NCBI GenBank assembly: GCA_052327205.1
Contig: CM126215.1
Location: 2,108,001-2,172,000, forward strand
DNA: 64,000 bases
Direction of reading: 5' to 3'
From: Somniosus microcephalus
Taxonomy: Eukaryota
Shown here: positions 63,716 through 64,000 of the stretch, piece by piece
Layout of the letters: every line of letters starts with the position of its first letter
Position numbering within the stretch: position 1 is the first letter of the stretch
Translations under genes and position numbers: made by a program
The notes under the pieces: model-generated
Seen by the model: only the letters and a program-made list of their open reading frames with translations
Told to the model about the DNA's origin: nothing
Databases searched by the model: none

Positions 63716-64000
63716 GCTAACAGTGCCCATCAGCAACTGTCTGGGGTAGATAGAGAGTTCCTTTCAGATGCAAACATCATCATTCAGCCCCTTTGAAGTG
63801 CCACTAAAGACAATCAACAGGTGAGAATTGATGTGTGTTGGAAGCTGATTTCAGACATTCAATCTCAGGGGCACCCAGCAGTCAGGATGCCATCTGGTTG
63901 AGGGAGGGGGGGGACTCCCTGCTTCCCAATCCCCCGCCCCCAAAATGTGAGGCTGCCCCCGGGAGCTCGCTATTGAAATGGTAATTGCAGAGTGAGAGAG
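63716..64000 (+). repeat. Inverted copy of the Vg1 upstream region 59321-59605, running off the window end
   Basis: Reverse complement aligns with about 6 substitutions and 1 indel over the ~273-bp core, by manual comparison. Confidence 0.95.

Overview
Vertebrate genomic DNA, most likely a shark or other chondrichthyan (inferred from the repeat landscape), with one 272-N gap; most of it is transposable elements. Two host genes are readable. The first is the last four coding exons of an NAA16-type NatA auxiliary subunit gene (+; 9077-9175, 11775-11918, 39004-39101, 39706-39906), with a 27 kb TE-stuffed intron. The second is a complete two-exon Vg1/GDF1/GDF3-family TGF-beta gene (-; 59188-58903 and 56087-55288, 361 aa). 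The last ~285 bp of the window are a ~97% identical inverted copy of that gene's proximal upstream region, which implies a head-to-head Vg1 duplicate just beyond the window edge. TEs include three full-length Gypsy LTR retrotransposons with 5-bp TSDs, CR1/L2-group, RTE and RTE-X-like LINEs, SINEs, Harbinger- and hAT-like MITEs, and four minisatellites. One Gypsy has an intact 1319-aa ORF ~200 bp after the NAA16 stop; another lacks a tRNA primer site and has an LTR-complementary sequence instead. Other oddities are an ORF1-less LINE carrying a tRNA-type SINE head, its deleted SINE derivatives, and short repeats with a hammerhead-ribozyme-like core. All family assignments come from reading the sequence and recalled motifs; no searches were run.
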